DNA from: a virus
Virus record (IMG/VR): IMGVR_UViG_3300045988_167691
Reading direction: 5' to 3' (one strand)
DNA: 64,000 nucleotides
Shown here one piece after another: positions 19,357 to 28,173 of this stretch. The notes beneath the pieces are model-generated. The model was not told the origin of the DNA. It did not search any database and saw nothing but the letters and a program-made list of their open reading frames with translations. Position 1 is the first letter of the stretch, and each line of letters starts with the position of its first letter. Made by a program: the position numbers and the translations under genes.

Positions 19357-19839
19357 TCAAATTCTTTTCGTTACTTTTAGTAATATGAATAATGCAATCA
19401 AAACCGTAAAAGCACCCATCCCTATACCTCCCATGAAAGAAAGCAATCTATTAGGAGCCGCCTTTACCTCTTCTTTCAAGTTTTCGTTTTCTTCGCTTAC
19501 TTTAGACAACCTTTCTCTAAGGCTTTTCACTGTTAATTCAAGACTATCACAAGATGCTTCTATGAAAATGGTGTCTCCTTTCTTTTCTATGGAAAGGTTA
19601 GCTTGTCCTTTGTTTGTCTCTTTCTTCTCCCCATCTTCCATTTTCGAAGGGTTGACTACCATATTGACAATAGAATAGGGAACTTTTACAAGGCTGTCCG
19701 TCATTTCTCTTTCCCAGACTAAAGAGTCCTTTAAGGTAAAAGTGTAATCCATCTTTGTGGAAACACGGCTTTTGCAGCCTCCCAGTCCTATGGAAAGACA
19801 AATAGAAAGACAGGTGATTAACAATACATTCTTTTTCAT
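19357..19839 (-). CDS. lipoprotein with a C-terminal transmembrane helix (u-spanin-like architecture)
   Basis: Signal peptide plus lipobox LGLGGC, a coiled-coil centre, and C-terminal LLSFMGGIGMGAFTVLIALFILL. Confidence 0.45.
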   Translation of the reverse strand: MKKNVLLITCLSICLSIGLGGCKSRVSTKMDYTFTLKDSLVWEREMTDSLVKVPYSIVNMVVNPSKMEDGEKKETNKGQANLSIEKKGDTIFIEASCDSLELTVKSLRERLSKVSEENENLKEEVKAAPNRLLSFMGGIGMGAFTVLIALFILLKVTKRI

Positions 19840-20042
19840 TTGTCCTTTAAAATTGCTGTTTTCAAAAACCCTGTGATACCCATTCGGATAGATTTCAACT
19901 TTCCGCTTTTCAGAATGTCTATCTCTATACTTCGGTAATCTCTTCCTACGCGAACAGACCTCACTTCCGCTTCTTCACCGGTAGGAAGAACAAGCATCTT
20001 TCCTACTGCTTTATCAAGAATACAATCATTTGCTGAGTTCAT
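19836..20042 (-). CDS. hypothetical protein, 68 aa
   Basis: ORF with 4-nt overlaps. Confidence 0.4.
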   Translation of the reverse strand: MNSANDCILDKAVGKMLVLPTGEEAEVRSVRVGRDYRSIEIDILKSGKLKSIRMGITGFLKTAILKDK

Positions 20043-20346
20043 GAGGCTTCAATACATTTCTGTAAGTTATAAAGTTATCGTGTCCAAACGCTACAGACAC
20101 AAAATCACTTTCTTCGATAAATTTCTCTACAGTAGCTTCCGAGTAATTGGTAAGGTTCACTTTGTTTACAGTATTTGTAATGTCGTAACCCTCCGCTTCA
20201 TTCATAAAAAAGTCTCTTGTTTTTCCTTTGAAGTTAGTAAGAGATATACATCTTTCCATTTCTCCTTTTGAGTTGACAAGCACGAGAGTGTTCCTTTTTG
20301 TCACCCTATAGATGTATTTCACATTTTCATACAATAAATTTTCCAT
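20026..20346 (-). CDS. hypothetical protein, 106 aa
   Basis: ORF only. Confidence 0.45.
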   Translation of the reverse strand: MENLLYENVKYIYRVTKRNTLVLVNSKGEMERCISLTNFKGKTRDFFMNEAEGYDITNTVNKVNLTNYSEATVEKFIEESDFVSVAFGHDNFITYRNVLKPHELSK

Positions 20347-20349
20347 ACC

Positions 20350-20682
20350 TCATAATTTTACGTTCAACATGTTTCTGATTGCTTTTTCCTTGTAGTGACG
20401 TATCTTGTCTTCGCTGTTGTCCTTTTTAGAAAGTGCCTTAGACCTTTCCTTCAACACCTTTTTCTTGTCAGAATCAGACATCATTTTAAACTCGCCTATT
20501 GAAAGATTAGGCATTTCTGTGCTCTTTTCTTCCTCATAAGACATTTGCTTTCCGCATTCAGGACAAACTGGAATGTTCATAGGAACAAGTTTTCCGTCAC
20601 GAAACACATACTTAGGATTAGCAATTGGTGACCTTACTCCTTTTCGGGAGCAATTATCGTTCTCGCAAAAAATTATTATCAT
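20350..20682 (-). CDS. zinc-ribbon protein, 110 aa
   Basis: CENDNC ... CPECG four-Cys arrangement. Confidence 0.45.
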   Translation of the reverse strand: MIIIFCENDNCSRKGVRSPIANPKYVFRDGKLVPMNIPVCPECGKQMSYEEEKSTEMPNLSIGEFKMMSDSDKKKVLKERSKALSKKDNSEDKIRHYKEKAIRNMLNVKL

Positions 20683-20851
20683 GTTGCAATTGTTTTATTT
20701 TATCTTTCAAAATATGAAGTGCTTCTTCCACTGATTCAATGCTGTTAATGTCTTTCGCACTTTTTTTCAAGTAGCTCAAATCGTGTTCAATCCCTTCAAT
20801 CCTATCAAGGAAGGAAAGTACAAAAATGTTAAAATACTTCTGATTAGCCAT
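20654..20851 (-). CDS. hypothetical protein, 65 aa
   Basis: First ORF downstream of the promoter motif at 20888-20913. Confidence 0.4.
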   Translation of the reverse strand: MANQKYFNIFVLSFLDRIEGIEHDLSYLKKSAKDINSIESVEEALHILKDKIKQLQHDNNFLRER

Positions 20852-20887
20852 TGTTTTATAGTTTTTGTTTGTTACTTTTTTGATGTG

Positions 20888-20913
20888 GCAAATGTAATAG
20901 TTTATTCTTACAT
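20888..20913 (-). promoter_or_regulatory. putative promoter/operator: ATGTAAGAAT-N6-TTACATTTGC, with an extra ATGTAAGAAT half-site at 20924-20933
   Basis: TACATTTG fits TAnnTTTG exactly. Lies in a 108-nt intergenic gap, 53 nt upstream of the ATG at 20851. Confidence 0.45.
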
Positions 20914-20959
20914 GTCAAAATATATTCTTACATTTTCTCACTTTCCTTCTGTTGGTTGT

Positions 20960-21472
20960 TTAGAGAAGGCATTTCCTTCTTGCGTATTCCGCTATCAAAA
21001 TTCCATCTCTATCGGGGTGCTTGTCCTTGATTTCTGGGAACAGCCTTTTTCCTATATCAAGGGATGCCTTCTTCAATTCTTTAGTGCCTACAACCCCTTT
21101 AGGTAGCATTTCCTTTTGCCATTCTTTAGAGTCTATGAACATATAAGGAACATCATAAAGCTCCAATACGGTAAGTTCCGCTTCCAAAGCACGCATAGCA
21201 GAACATGTAGCATCAAATCTTGCCGGATTTTTCATGGGACGTTCCAAGACGGCCACACACAAACCATATCCCTTTAGAGTATGAATTACTTCGGCAAGTG
21301 CCGTTACGTTCACCCTTGACACATTCTTCTTTGCTTTTGTGTAATCCTGCCCAAATGTGATAGGTGTTTCCATGAACTCATAATAGGTCAGTTCTTTTCC
21401 TACTATGCCAATAGAACCGGTCACACCGTTGTCTATCCCTATGTAAAACTTCGATTCTGTTTTCTTGTTCAT
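20960..21472 (-). CDS. RuvC-like Holliday junction resolvase
   Basis: FYIGIDNGVTGSIGIV (N-terminal catalytic Asp strand) and C-terminal HPDRDGILIAEYARR. Confidence 0.6.
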   Translation of the reverse strand: MNKKTESKFYIGIDNGVTGSIGIVGKELTYYEFMETPITFGQDYTKAKKNVSRVNVTALAEVIHTLKGYGLCVAVLERPMKNPARFDATCSAMRALEAELTVLELYDVPYMFIDSKEWQKEMLPKGVVGTKELKKASLDIGKRLFPEIKDKHPDRDGILIAEYARRKCLL

Positions 21473-23880
21473 TGTTCAATACGGCTTATGCCGTTCTCCT
21501 TTACTATTTTAAGCGTTTTGCATGAAGCGTTTTCATTCGAAATATGAGTTGTAACAAGTATAGGAAACTGAATGAACTCCAATGCTTCTATCACGTCATA
21601 TAGGCTTTCTTTCGATAGTCCTTCTGTGATTTCATCAATGGATAGGAATTGCAATCCTCCCCATTTGTTCGTCTCGTTTATCATTCCTTGTATGGCTATA
21701 ATCAAAGCGATTTCCACCCTTGCACGCTCTCCGCCACTGTAATACCAGAAGTTTTCCGCCTCGTCCCTAACAACATAAGGCGTTATCTCTTCTTTTATGT
21801 CTCCGTCTGCTTTCGTCTTAAATCCTTCTATGACAATTCTAAGATCGCTGTTTTCTGCTTTCAGAATATTGTTTGCCCGAAGCTGGATATTCTTTAACTG
21901 TTCTATCGCAAGATACATCTTGAATGATTTGAATCTTCCTATCCACTCTTTCTTGCGAAACATTTCGTTTTCCAATTCCGTCATTTCCTTGTCATACCCT
22001 GCGATAGCAAGCATCATTTCTTCTATTTGCTTTTCCTGTGAAGAAGTATCAATAGAAGAAGGCGTTTCCTTTTCGATTTCCTTTATCTGTTTTTCCAGAC
22101 GTTTTACATCTTCTTTTCCGGTAGCTATGTTTTCTAAAAGCCCTTTGTTTCGCTTTTCAAGAATGGAAATATTGGACTTTTGAGATTCTATTTCACTTGT
22201 GATCTTATAGACAGCAGATGAAATTTCTTTTCCTGCTTCCCGGATTTTGTCAAGTTCATCCTCCTGTTCGTTTTTCACTTGAATGAAAGAAGAAATAAGG
22301 TCTTCGTATTCCTTTAGGGATTCATCCAAAGATGTTATTTCCCCGACAACTTCCTTTTCCTGTTTCCCTATTTTCTCTTTTTTCTTCTCTTCCTTTTCAA
22401 GCGTAGTGTCTTGAAGTGTCAAGAACTTATGCTTGCATTTAGGACACGTAATCGTCCCAGAAAGGCTTACAAGAACTTTCCGAAGAGACACTTTCAGTTC
22501 GTCATGGATTTTCAAAAGCTCTTCTTTTGTTTCCAAAATCTCATTCTGATCTTCTTTGGCTTTTCCAAGTTCTTTTTTGACGGATTCAATCACATCTTCT
22601 ATTTCCTTAGTAGAAGGAAGTTTCTTTTTCTTTTCTTCGGCTTCTCGAAGTTCTTCTTCCAAGACTTCAAGTGTTTTCTTTCCTTTGTCAATGTTTTTCT
22701 TGTTATAGTCAATATTGTATTTAGCAGAATCAATATCTTCTTTTAAAGACTTGATTTTACTTTCCACCCTTTCGATCCTTTCCTTTCGATCCGCTTCGAA
22801 GTCGAAATTAACAGCATCTTCTATCATTTGCCGCAATGCTTCTACACTCCCTTCCGCACGATCTCTTTTGCTTTGGATAACTGATTTCTTAGATGAAATT
22901 TCGTCCAGTTCCTTTTGTATAATATCCTTACTGCCATCCAAGAAGTCATAATTGATAAAACGACTTATGAGAGCCAATTTGTCCGTATTGGAACTTTTAA
23001 AGAACGACTTATAGTATTCCTTGCAAATAAGAAAATAACTTTTCAAATCTTCCGGTGAAATACCCATCCATGAAAGGATATAGTTGTTGCCGTCTTTTAC
23101 GGTAGCAAGACTGACTGACTCGCCATTTAACGACACATTAAGTTTGCTGCTTCCTTTTAAGGGCAAAATGCGCTCAATATGGAGAGTTTCTTTCCTTATG
23201 GGACATTTTATATCAAGTAATACTTTTGCTTCCTTCTCACCGTTTCTAATCAGTTTCTTGTCAATACTGCTTCGGTAGTTGTTACCTGTTATGGCAAAAT
23301 AAACTGCCTGTTGCATGGAAGAATTATGAGTAGGCGTATAGTTGTTCGTAACAAACATCCCGTCTTCTCCCGAAACGGTAATACATTGTTGCTCTTCCGC
23401 ACCCATACAAGTAAAAGAAACCATTTTTTTAGACGGTCTGCCAAGACATCCTGGAACTTCAAAAAACACTTCTTCATCTTTGCTTCTTTCCATGATCTTT
23501 CCAAGTGAAAGTACAGACCATTCCTCGCTTTGATTTGTTCTTACTTTCCATAGATGCTCTTTGTTACATTTTATTTCCGTACTGTCGGAAAAAGTAATCT
23601 TATATGCAATATCTATATCGTGAAACGGGATTGCTCTTACCGTTTGATAAGCACCGGAAGGATGAAGAACAATATCACCCACCTGAATATTCCTCATTTT
23701 TACAAACCCATTAGGGGTAAGAATATCGGAATCCATTGTCAACGCTTTACCGCTACCGTTACTGCCTTGATTGTCGTCTGTTTTATTCAATCCCACAAGT
23801 GCGGTTACCCCATCTTGAAATGTGTATTCAAAATGCTCGAATGACACAAAATTTGTTGCTTCAATCTTGATTGGCTTCAT
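21469..23880 (-). CDS. sbcC: SbcC/Rad50-like ATPase interrupted by a mini-intein
   Basis: GSNGSGK-[intein]-SSMQ Walker A, long coiled coil with CPKC zinc hook, YSGGERARV signature and FLSIDEITEG Walker B. An alternative start lies at 23901. Confidence 0.8.
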   Translation of the reverse strand: MKPIKIEATNFVSFEHFEYTFQDGVTALVGLNKTDDNQGSNGSGKALTMDSDILTPNGFVKMRNIQVGDIVLHPSGAYQTVRAIPFHDIDIAYKITFSDSTEIKCNKEHLWKVRTNQSEEWSVLSLGKIMERSKDEEVFFEVPGCLGRPSKKMVSFTCMGAEEQQCITVSGEDGMFVTNNYTPTHNSSMQQAVYFAITGNNYRSSIDKKLIRNGEKEAKVLLDIKCPIRKETLHIERILPLKGSSKLNVSLNGESVSLATVKDGNNYILSWMGISPEDLKSYFLICKEYYKSFFKSSNTDKLALISRFINYDFLDGSKDIIQKELDEISSKKSVIQSKRDRAEGSVEALRQMIEDAVNFDFEADRKERIERVESKIKSLKEDIDSAKYNIDYNKKNIDKGKKTLEVLEEELREAEEKKKKLPSTKEIEDVIESVKKELGKAKEDQNEILETKEELLKIHDELKVSLRKVLVSLSGTITCPKCKHKFLTLQDTTLEKEEKKKEKIGKQEKEVVGEITSLDESLKEYEDLISSFIQVKNEQEDELDKIREAGKEISSAVYKITSEIESQKSNISILEKRNKGLLENIATGKEDVKRLEKQIKEIEKETPSSIDTSSQEKQIEEMMLAIAGYDKEMTELENEMFRKKEWIGRFKSFKMYLAIEQLKNIQLRANNILKAENSDLRIVIEGFKTKADGDIKEEITPYVVRDEAENFWYYSGGERARVEIALIIAIQGMINETNKWGGLQFLSIDEITEGLSKESLYDVIEALEFIQFPILVTTHISNENASCKTLKIVKENGISRIEQ
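23323..23745 (-). mobile_element. class 3-type mini-intein (141 aa) in the SbcC P-loop
   Basis: Starts ALTMDSDILTPNG, so there is no Cys/Ser at position 1. Block B is NKEHLW, block F is QQCITV, and it ends TPTHN followed by S. This is the WCT signature. Confidence 0.75.
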
Positions 23881-24949
23881 CTTCCACCTCCTTGTTTTCA
23901 AATGTTACTTCTTTCTTTCTGAACTCTGAAAGGACATCTTTTTTAATCTTGTCAAAAAGTTCTGTTTCTTTGATTAGTTTCTTCCTTGCGGCAGGGAATC
24001 CGAATCCTATCTTTTCTTCCCCGTAATAGATGTACGTTCCTTTCTTTGTGAGTACACCTAAGTCCAATCCCATGTTAAGCATTTCCATCACCTTGTCAAT
24101 ACCTACACCAAAACGGATAACAATATTGCAAGTTTTCATAGGTGGAGCAACTTTGTTTTTCCTGCATGTGATCTTCACTTTGTTTGCAACGGACACTTCA
24201 CCTTCCTTATCAGAACCTACACGGGCAAGCTCAACCCTTTGACTTGCATAAAAAGGTATTGCAAATCCTCCCGGCGTAGTAGTGGCATTGCCATATCCGC
24301 CTATATTCGATCTTATCTGATTGATACAGAATAGAATGCACCCTGTTTGCTTGCAGATGTTTTTCAAGATATTTACCTGTGAGCTTAAAAGCCTTGCTGT
24401 AAGTCCTATGTGAGCATCTCCGGCTTCCCCGTTCAAAAGAGCGGTCGGGACAAGTCCTGCAATAGAATCAATCACCACCAATCCGATAGAAGGTTCATTG
24501 CACATTTCCTTTGCTATTTCTAACGTTTCCTCTGCCGTAGAAGGTTGGGAAAGGATAAACTTGTCAGGAGAAAGGTCTGCGCCAATAGCTCCCATGTATT
24601 TCGGATCAACTGCATTTTCTGTATCAAGATACCCTACCGCCATTCCTTGTTTTTGGATTTCGGTAGCAAGATGGAAAGCTATGCTTGTCTTGCCGGAAGA
24701 AAAGCCTCCGTAGGCTTCCACAATACGCCCTTTTGCCCATCCTCCGCCAAGTATTTCATCCAGCAGGAAAGAACCAGAATGTACGAACTCTATATCTTGC
24801 TTCTTCCCCGCTATGGCTTCCTTTCCAAACCTACTTTCAATCCGGCTTATAAGATCACTGAGACGGTTCGGTTTCTTTTCTTCTTTAGGTTGCTGCACTT
24901 CCCCAGTTACCGCTTCTTCCGTTTTTTTAGTTTCCTTTTTCTTCGCCAT
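23861..24949 (-). CDS. recA: RecA recombinase
   Basis: EAYGGFSSGKTSIAFH (Walker A), VVIDSIAGL (Walker B) and the RecA-like L1/L2 region. Confidence 0.85.
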   Translation of the reverse strand: MAKKKETKKTEEAVTGEVQQPKEEKKPNRLSDLISRIESRFGKEAIAGKKQDIEFVHSGSFLLDEILGGGWAKGRIVEAYGGFSSGKTSIAFHLATEIQKQGMAVGYLDTENAVDPKYMGAIGADLSPDKFILSQPSTAEETLEIAKEMCNEPSIGLVVIDSIAGLVPTALLNGEAGDAHIGLTARLLSSQVNILKNICKQTGCILFCINQIRSNIGGYGNATTTPGGFAIPFYASQRVELARVGSDKEGEVSVANKVKITCRKNKVAPPMKTCNIVIRFGVGIDKVMEMLNMGLDLGVLTKKGTYIYYGEEKIGFGFPAARKKLIKETELFDKIKKDVLSEFRKKEVTFENKEVEDEANQD

Positions 24950-25976
24950 ACATCAACTTGTCTAAAATTTCTTTTCCTTCTTTTTCGTCATATTCGTTTT
25001 CCTTACAAAAAGCAGAAAACCTTTCTTCTATGTCCTTTTTGTCAAGTGCCTTTACTTCTGTCAACATAGAATGTTTTTCTTCCACTTCCTTAAACTTTTT
25101 CTTGATATCTATGCCTTCTTTTGTAAAGACATCCTTATCAAAGGCATCAAGTGAAGATTGTTCTCCCCAGACTTCCACTCTTACACGGGCAGTAGGGTTC
25201 TCCTTTTTGAATTTCTTGATAAGTGACACTGCCTGTTTGTGGGGAGTTTCCCCCAAATCAATTTCCAGTTTCTTAAATACTTGTCCTTTTGTAGAAGAAA
25301 CAAGATCTACATTCAAATCCGAATCCAAAAGCCAGAAACCCTTCTTTTCATCTTCCCCGAAGTTGTTTTGTTGGACACTTCCTAAATGATAGATATTCTC
25401 TCCTACCCGTTGATAGTTATGATAGTGCCCCAAGTACACTTTTTTGAACATCTGGAACATGGAAGGTTTTAAAAGGTTGGACACTTCCGATCCGTCCATG
25501 TTCTTGCTTCCTGTGACCGCAAAATGTCCAAAGAGGATATTCTTCTTTCTTTTGTCCCCTATTTCTTCCAGTTCATCCAAAAGAATATCATCTGTAAAAA
25601 ACGGAAGAAAAAAACAATACACACCTTCTACTTGCATTCCGTCCAATTCTTCTACCAAAGTAAAAGACGGATGATATTTAAAAGGAGTAAGAAACGATTT
25701 CTTGCTTGTGTAGGATGTTTTGTCATGGTTGCCGGGAATACAGATCACATGGTGTCCGCGTTTGTCGTATTCTTCCAGGACATCATTCAATGTGGAAAGG
25801 CACACTTCTCTTTGCGATACTCTGTTATCAAAAATATCACCCAACCATATATGGGTTTGTATCTTTTTCTTTTCTGCCAAGTCAAGTTCTTCCAAAAGAA
25901 TATCTTTTATAATAGTGGCATTATCGGCAGTAAGATGATGATCCGTTGAAATTATAGCTAAATATTTGCTGTTCAT
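24927..25976 (-). CDS. sbcD: SbcD/Mre11-like nuclease (metallophosphoesterase)
   Basis: ISTDHH, WLGDIFD, PGNHD, FGHFAV and LGHYH. Start placed at MNSKYLAI. The track ORF extends to 26018. Confidence 0.75.
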   Translation of the reverse strand: MNSKYLAIISTDHHLTADNATIIKDILLEELDLAEKKKIQTHIWLGDIFDNRVSQREVCLSTLNDVLEEYDKRGHHVICIPGNHDKTSYTSKKSFLTPFKYHPSFTLVEELDGMQVEGVYCFFLPFFTDDILLDELEEIGDKRKKNILFGHFAVTGSKNMDGSEVSNLLKPSMFQMFKKVYLGHYHNYQRVGENIYHLGSVQQNNFGEDEKKGFWLLDSDLNVDLVSSTKGQVFKKLEIDLGETPHKQAVSLIKKFKKENPTARVRVEVWGEQSSLDAFDKDVFTKEGIDIKKKFKEVEEKHSMLTEVKALDKKDIEERFSAFCKENEYDEKEGKEILDKLMYGEEKGN

Positions 25977-26058
25977 GATCGAAATTGTTAGGAAAGGGGA
26001 GAACACAAAGTTCTCCATTCCCTTTCGGATTGATATATTAGAAAAACGAAAAGAAAAA

Positions 26059-27459
26059 TTATTTCTTCTTCATTCGGGCTTTTAGAGCCTGCAAACGCTT
26101 TTTGGCTTCCAATAACTTTTCATCATTGTCCGTCTGTTCTTCGTCAATAGGAGATTCCTCTTCCTCCCCTGCGGGATGTTCATCTTCCCCATCTTCCTTT
26201 TCCGGTTCGTCTTTTGCCCGATCATCGTCATATTCAGTTTCATGTTCCTGTTCTGTATCCTCTTCTTCGCCTTCCGGGAAAGGCAACGCTTCTCCCTTTT
26301 GTGCCAGATCGTACCATTCACGAAGTTCTGTGATTGTAAGATCGGATGGAATTTCCATGCCAGGATATTCTTCATCAATATATTGCGACAAAAAGGCTTT
26401 CATCTTAGAAAGCGGAGGATAGGAAGCGACTTTTGCTGCCTTTTCCGAAGCTGGAGCTTTTACAACCTGTTTCTTGGGTGCAGGTTTTTCTTCTTCATCT
26501 TCGTCCTCGTCAAATGGGGTTTTCTTATCTTCCTCTGATTGACTATCGTCTGGAAGCATTGCTGCCATTTCTTCAATTTCATTCAAGAACTCGTCGTCAG
26601 AAAAGATATCATAATTGTTTTCTTCATCGAAGCGTTTCAATCCATCCAAAGCCATTTCAAAATCCTTTGCTCTGTAAGAATCCTTGTAAATCTCTTCAAG
26701 CGAAGGCACTTCATTCAAGAAATATTCCATGTCTTCGTCCGGGATAGCAGTTTCTTCAAAAAATTCATCCCATGACTGACCTTTCTTCGGTATGCCGGCA
26801 GATAAAGAATAAGTCTTTTTGCCTTTATCATCTTCTCCCATCGTGATTACAAGAGGATAAGCACCCTCCATCTGTGAGAAGATATCAAATGAAACCGTAT
26901 CATCATCAGATTGTTCTACAGAAATTTCCTTTATACGGTTCATCCATGTTCCATAAAGCTGCAAACGGGCAAAATCTTTATTCCCTTGATACACATAGCA
27001 AACATAAGCCAGCGTAGGATTGATACCCCATACAAACTTGTTACCTTTCTTGTAACCCATGATAGGGTTGAGGTACTTGCGTCTTTCCGTATCATCTTGA
27101 TATTCTTCGGATGCTTTCTTTCTCACATAGTCGCAATAAAGGACGATAGGGTCTTTCCCTTTAAGAAGGTTGCGTCCATGTACGTCCGCGCAAAAAATGT
27201 TCTTGTCTTTAACTTCCTTTCCTGTTACATTACCGTTCTCGTCATAAGTAGGAACTTCCACGCGGAGCTTTGACATTTTGCAAGCGACATAGGCTTTACC
27301 CATTGAAGGAGCTACACGGAATGTATTCTTTCCTTTTTGGACGGTAGCAAATCCGGTATAAGATTTACCACCCTTTCGCATTGTCTTTTCTGCTTGCTTT
27401 ACTTCTGAATCCAAATCTTCTACTGACTGTTTTTTGAACTTCGATCTGTCAAATTTCAT
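26059..27459 (-). CDS. putative ssDNA-binding protein (gp32-like layout) with a long acidic C-terminal tail
   Basis: KGKNTFRVAPS resembles the gp32 N-terminal strand. About 120 C-terminal residues are rich in D/E. Sits among recombination genes. Confidence 0.4.
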   Translation of the reverse strand: MKFDRSKFKKQSVEDLDSEVKQAEKTMRKGGKSYTGFATVQKGKNTFRVAPSMGKAYVACKMSKLRVEVPTYDENGNVTGKEVKDKNIFCADVHGRNLLKGKDPIVLYCDYVRKKASEEYQDDTERRKYLNPIMGYKKGNKFVWGINPTLAYVCYVYQGNKDFARLQLYGTWMNRIKEISVEQSDDDTVSFDIFSQMEGAYPLVITMGEDDKGKKTYSLSAGIPKKGQSWDEFFEETAIPDEDMEYFLNEVPSLEEIYKDSYRAKDFEMALDGLKRFDEENNYDIFSDDEFLNEIEEMAAMLPDDSQSEEDKKTPFDEDEDEEEKPAPKKQVVKAPASEKAAKVASYPPLSKMKAFLSQYIDEEYPGMEIPSDLTITELREWYDLAQKGEALPFPEGEEEDTEQEHETEYDDDRAKDEPEKEDGEDEHPAGEEEESPIDEEQTDNDEKLLEAKKRLQALKARMKKK

Positions 27460-27494
27460 AACTATAATGTTTTAAAATGTTGATAATAAAAATG

Positions 27495-28025
27495 TTACTT
27501 TTCTTTTTTAATTATGAATGTATTTATTTCTCCTTCCACTAAATTATCCAAAAACTCTTCCGGCGTAACTTTTGGAACTAAATTGTTCAATTTTCGGTCT
27601 TTCGACTGCAATGCCCAATAGAGACTATCTATTTCCGCCAAATGCTTTTTCTTCTTGACAAGTGTCTTTTGCATTGCATTAAGCTCTGGATTGATAGTAA
27701 GAATATCTTCCAAAGAACTTTCTGTAAGTTTCACAAGTCCTATATCTTCCACTTTGACCTTTCCGGCATTCACAATAGATTCCCGTCTTATCTCTGTAGA
27801 AAGCTGTGCTTTATGTACAGAAAATTCCAACTTTGCGGCTTCATATTCGGATTCAGCCTGCGCACGAAGAAGTCCTACTTTGTTCAATAAGACTGAACTT
27901 GTAGCTATCTCCCCGTACAGATTGGAATGGTCTATAGAAGTTACAACATCCATATCCAGTTCATTTTTAAGGTCATTTGAAATCAAGACTATAGCCTTGT
28001 CACCAATATTCCTAACCAATTTCAT
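27495..28025 (-). CDS. hypothetical protein, 176 aa
   Basis: ORF only. Confidence 0.5.
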   Translation of the reverse strand: MKLVRNIGDKAIVLISNDLKNELDMDVVTSIDHSNLYGEIATSSVLLNKVGLLRAQAESEYEAAKLEFSVHKAQLSTEIRRESIVNAGKVKVEDIGLVKLTESSLEDILTINPELNAMQKTLVKKKKHLAEIDSLYWALQSKDRKLNNLVPKVTPEEFLDNLVEGEINTFIIKKEK

Positions 28026-28173
28026 TTTCTTTCATCTTTAAATTAGCATACTGCTCCATTGCATCTAAAATGCCATTAAAAATATCTATCGGAAATGAAA
28101 AAATCTTTTGCCCTTTCACCGGCACGATTTTCAATACAATCCCATAAAATCTTTTCTTTCTCTTCTTTTTCCA

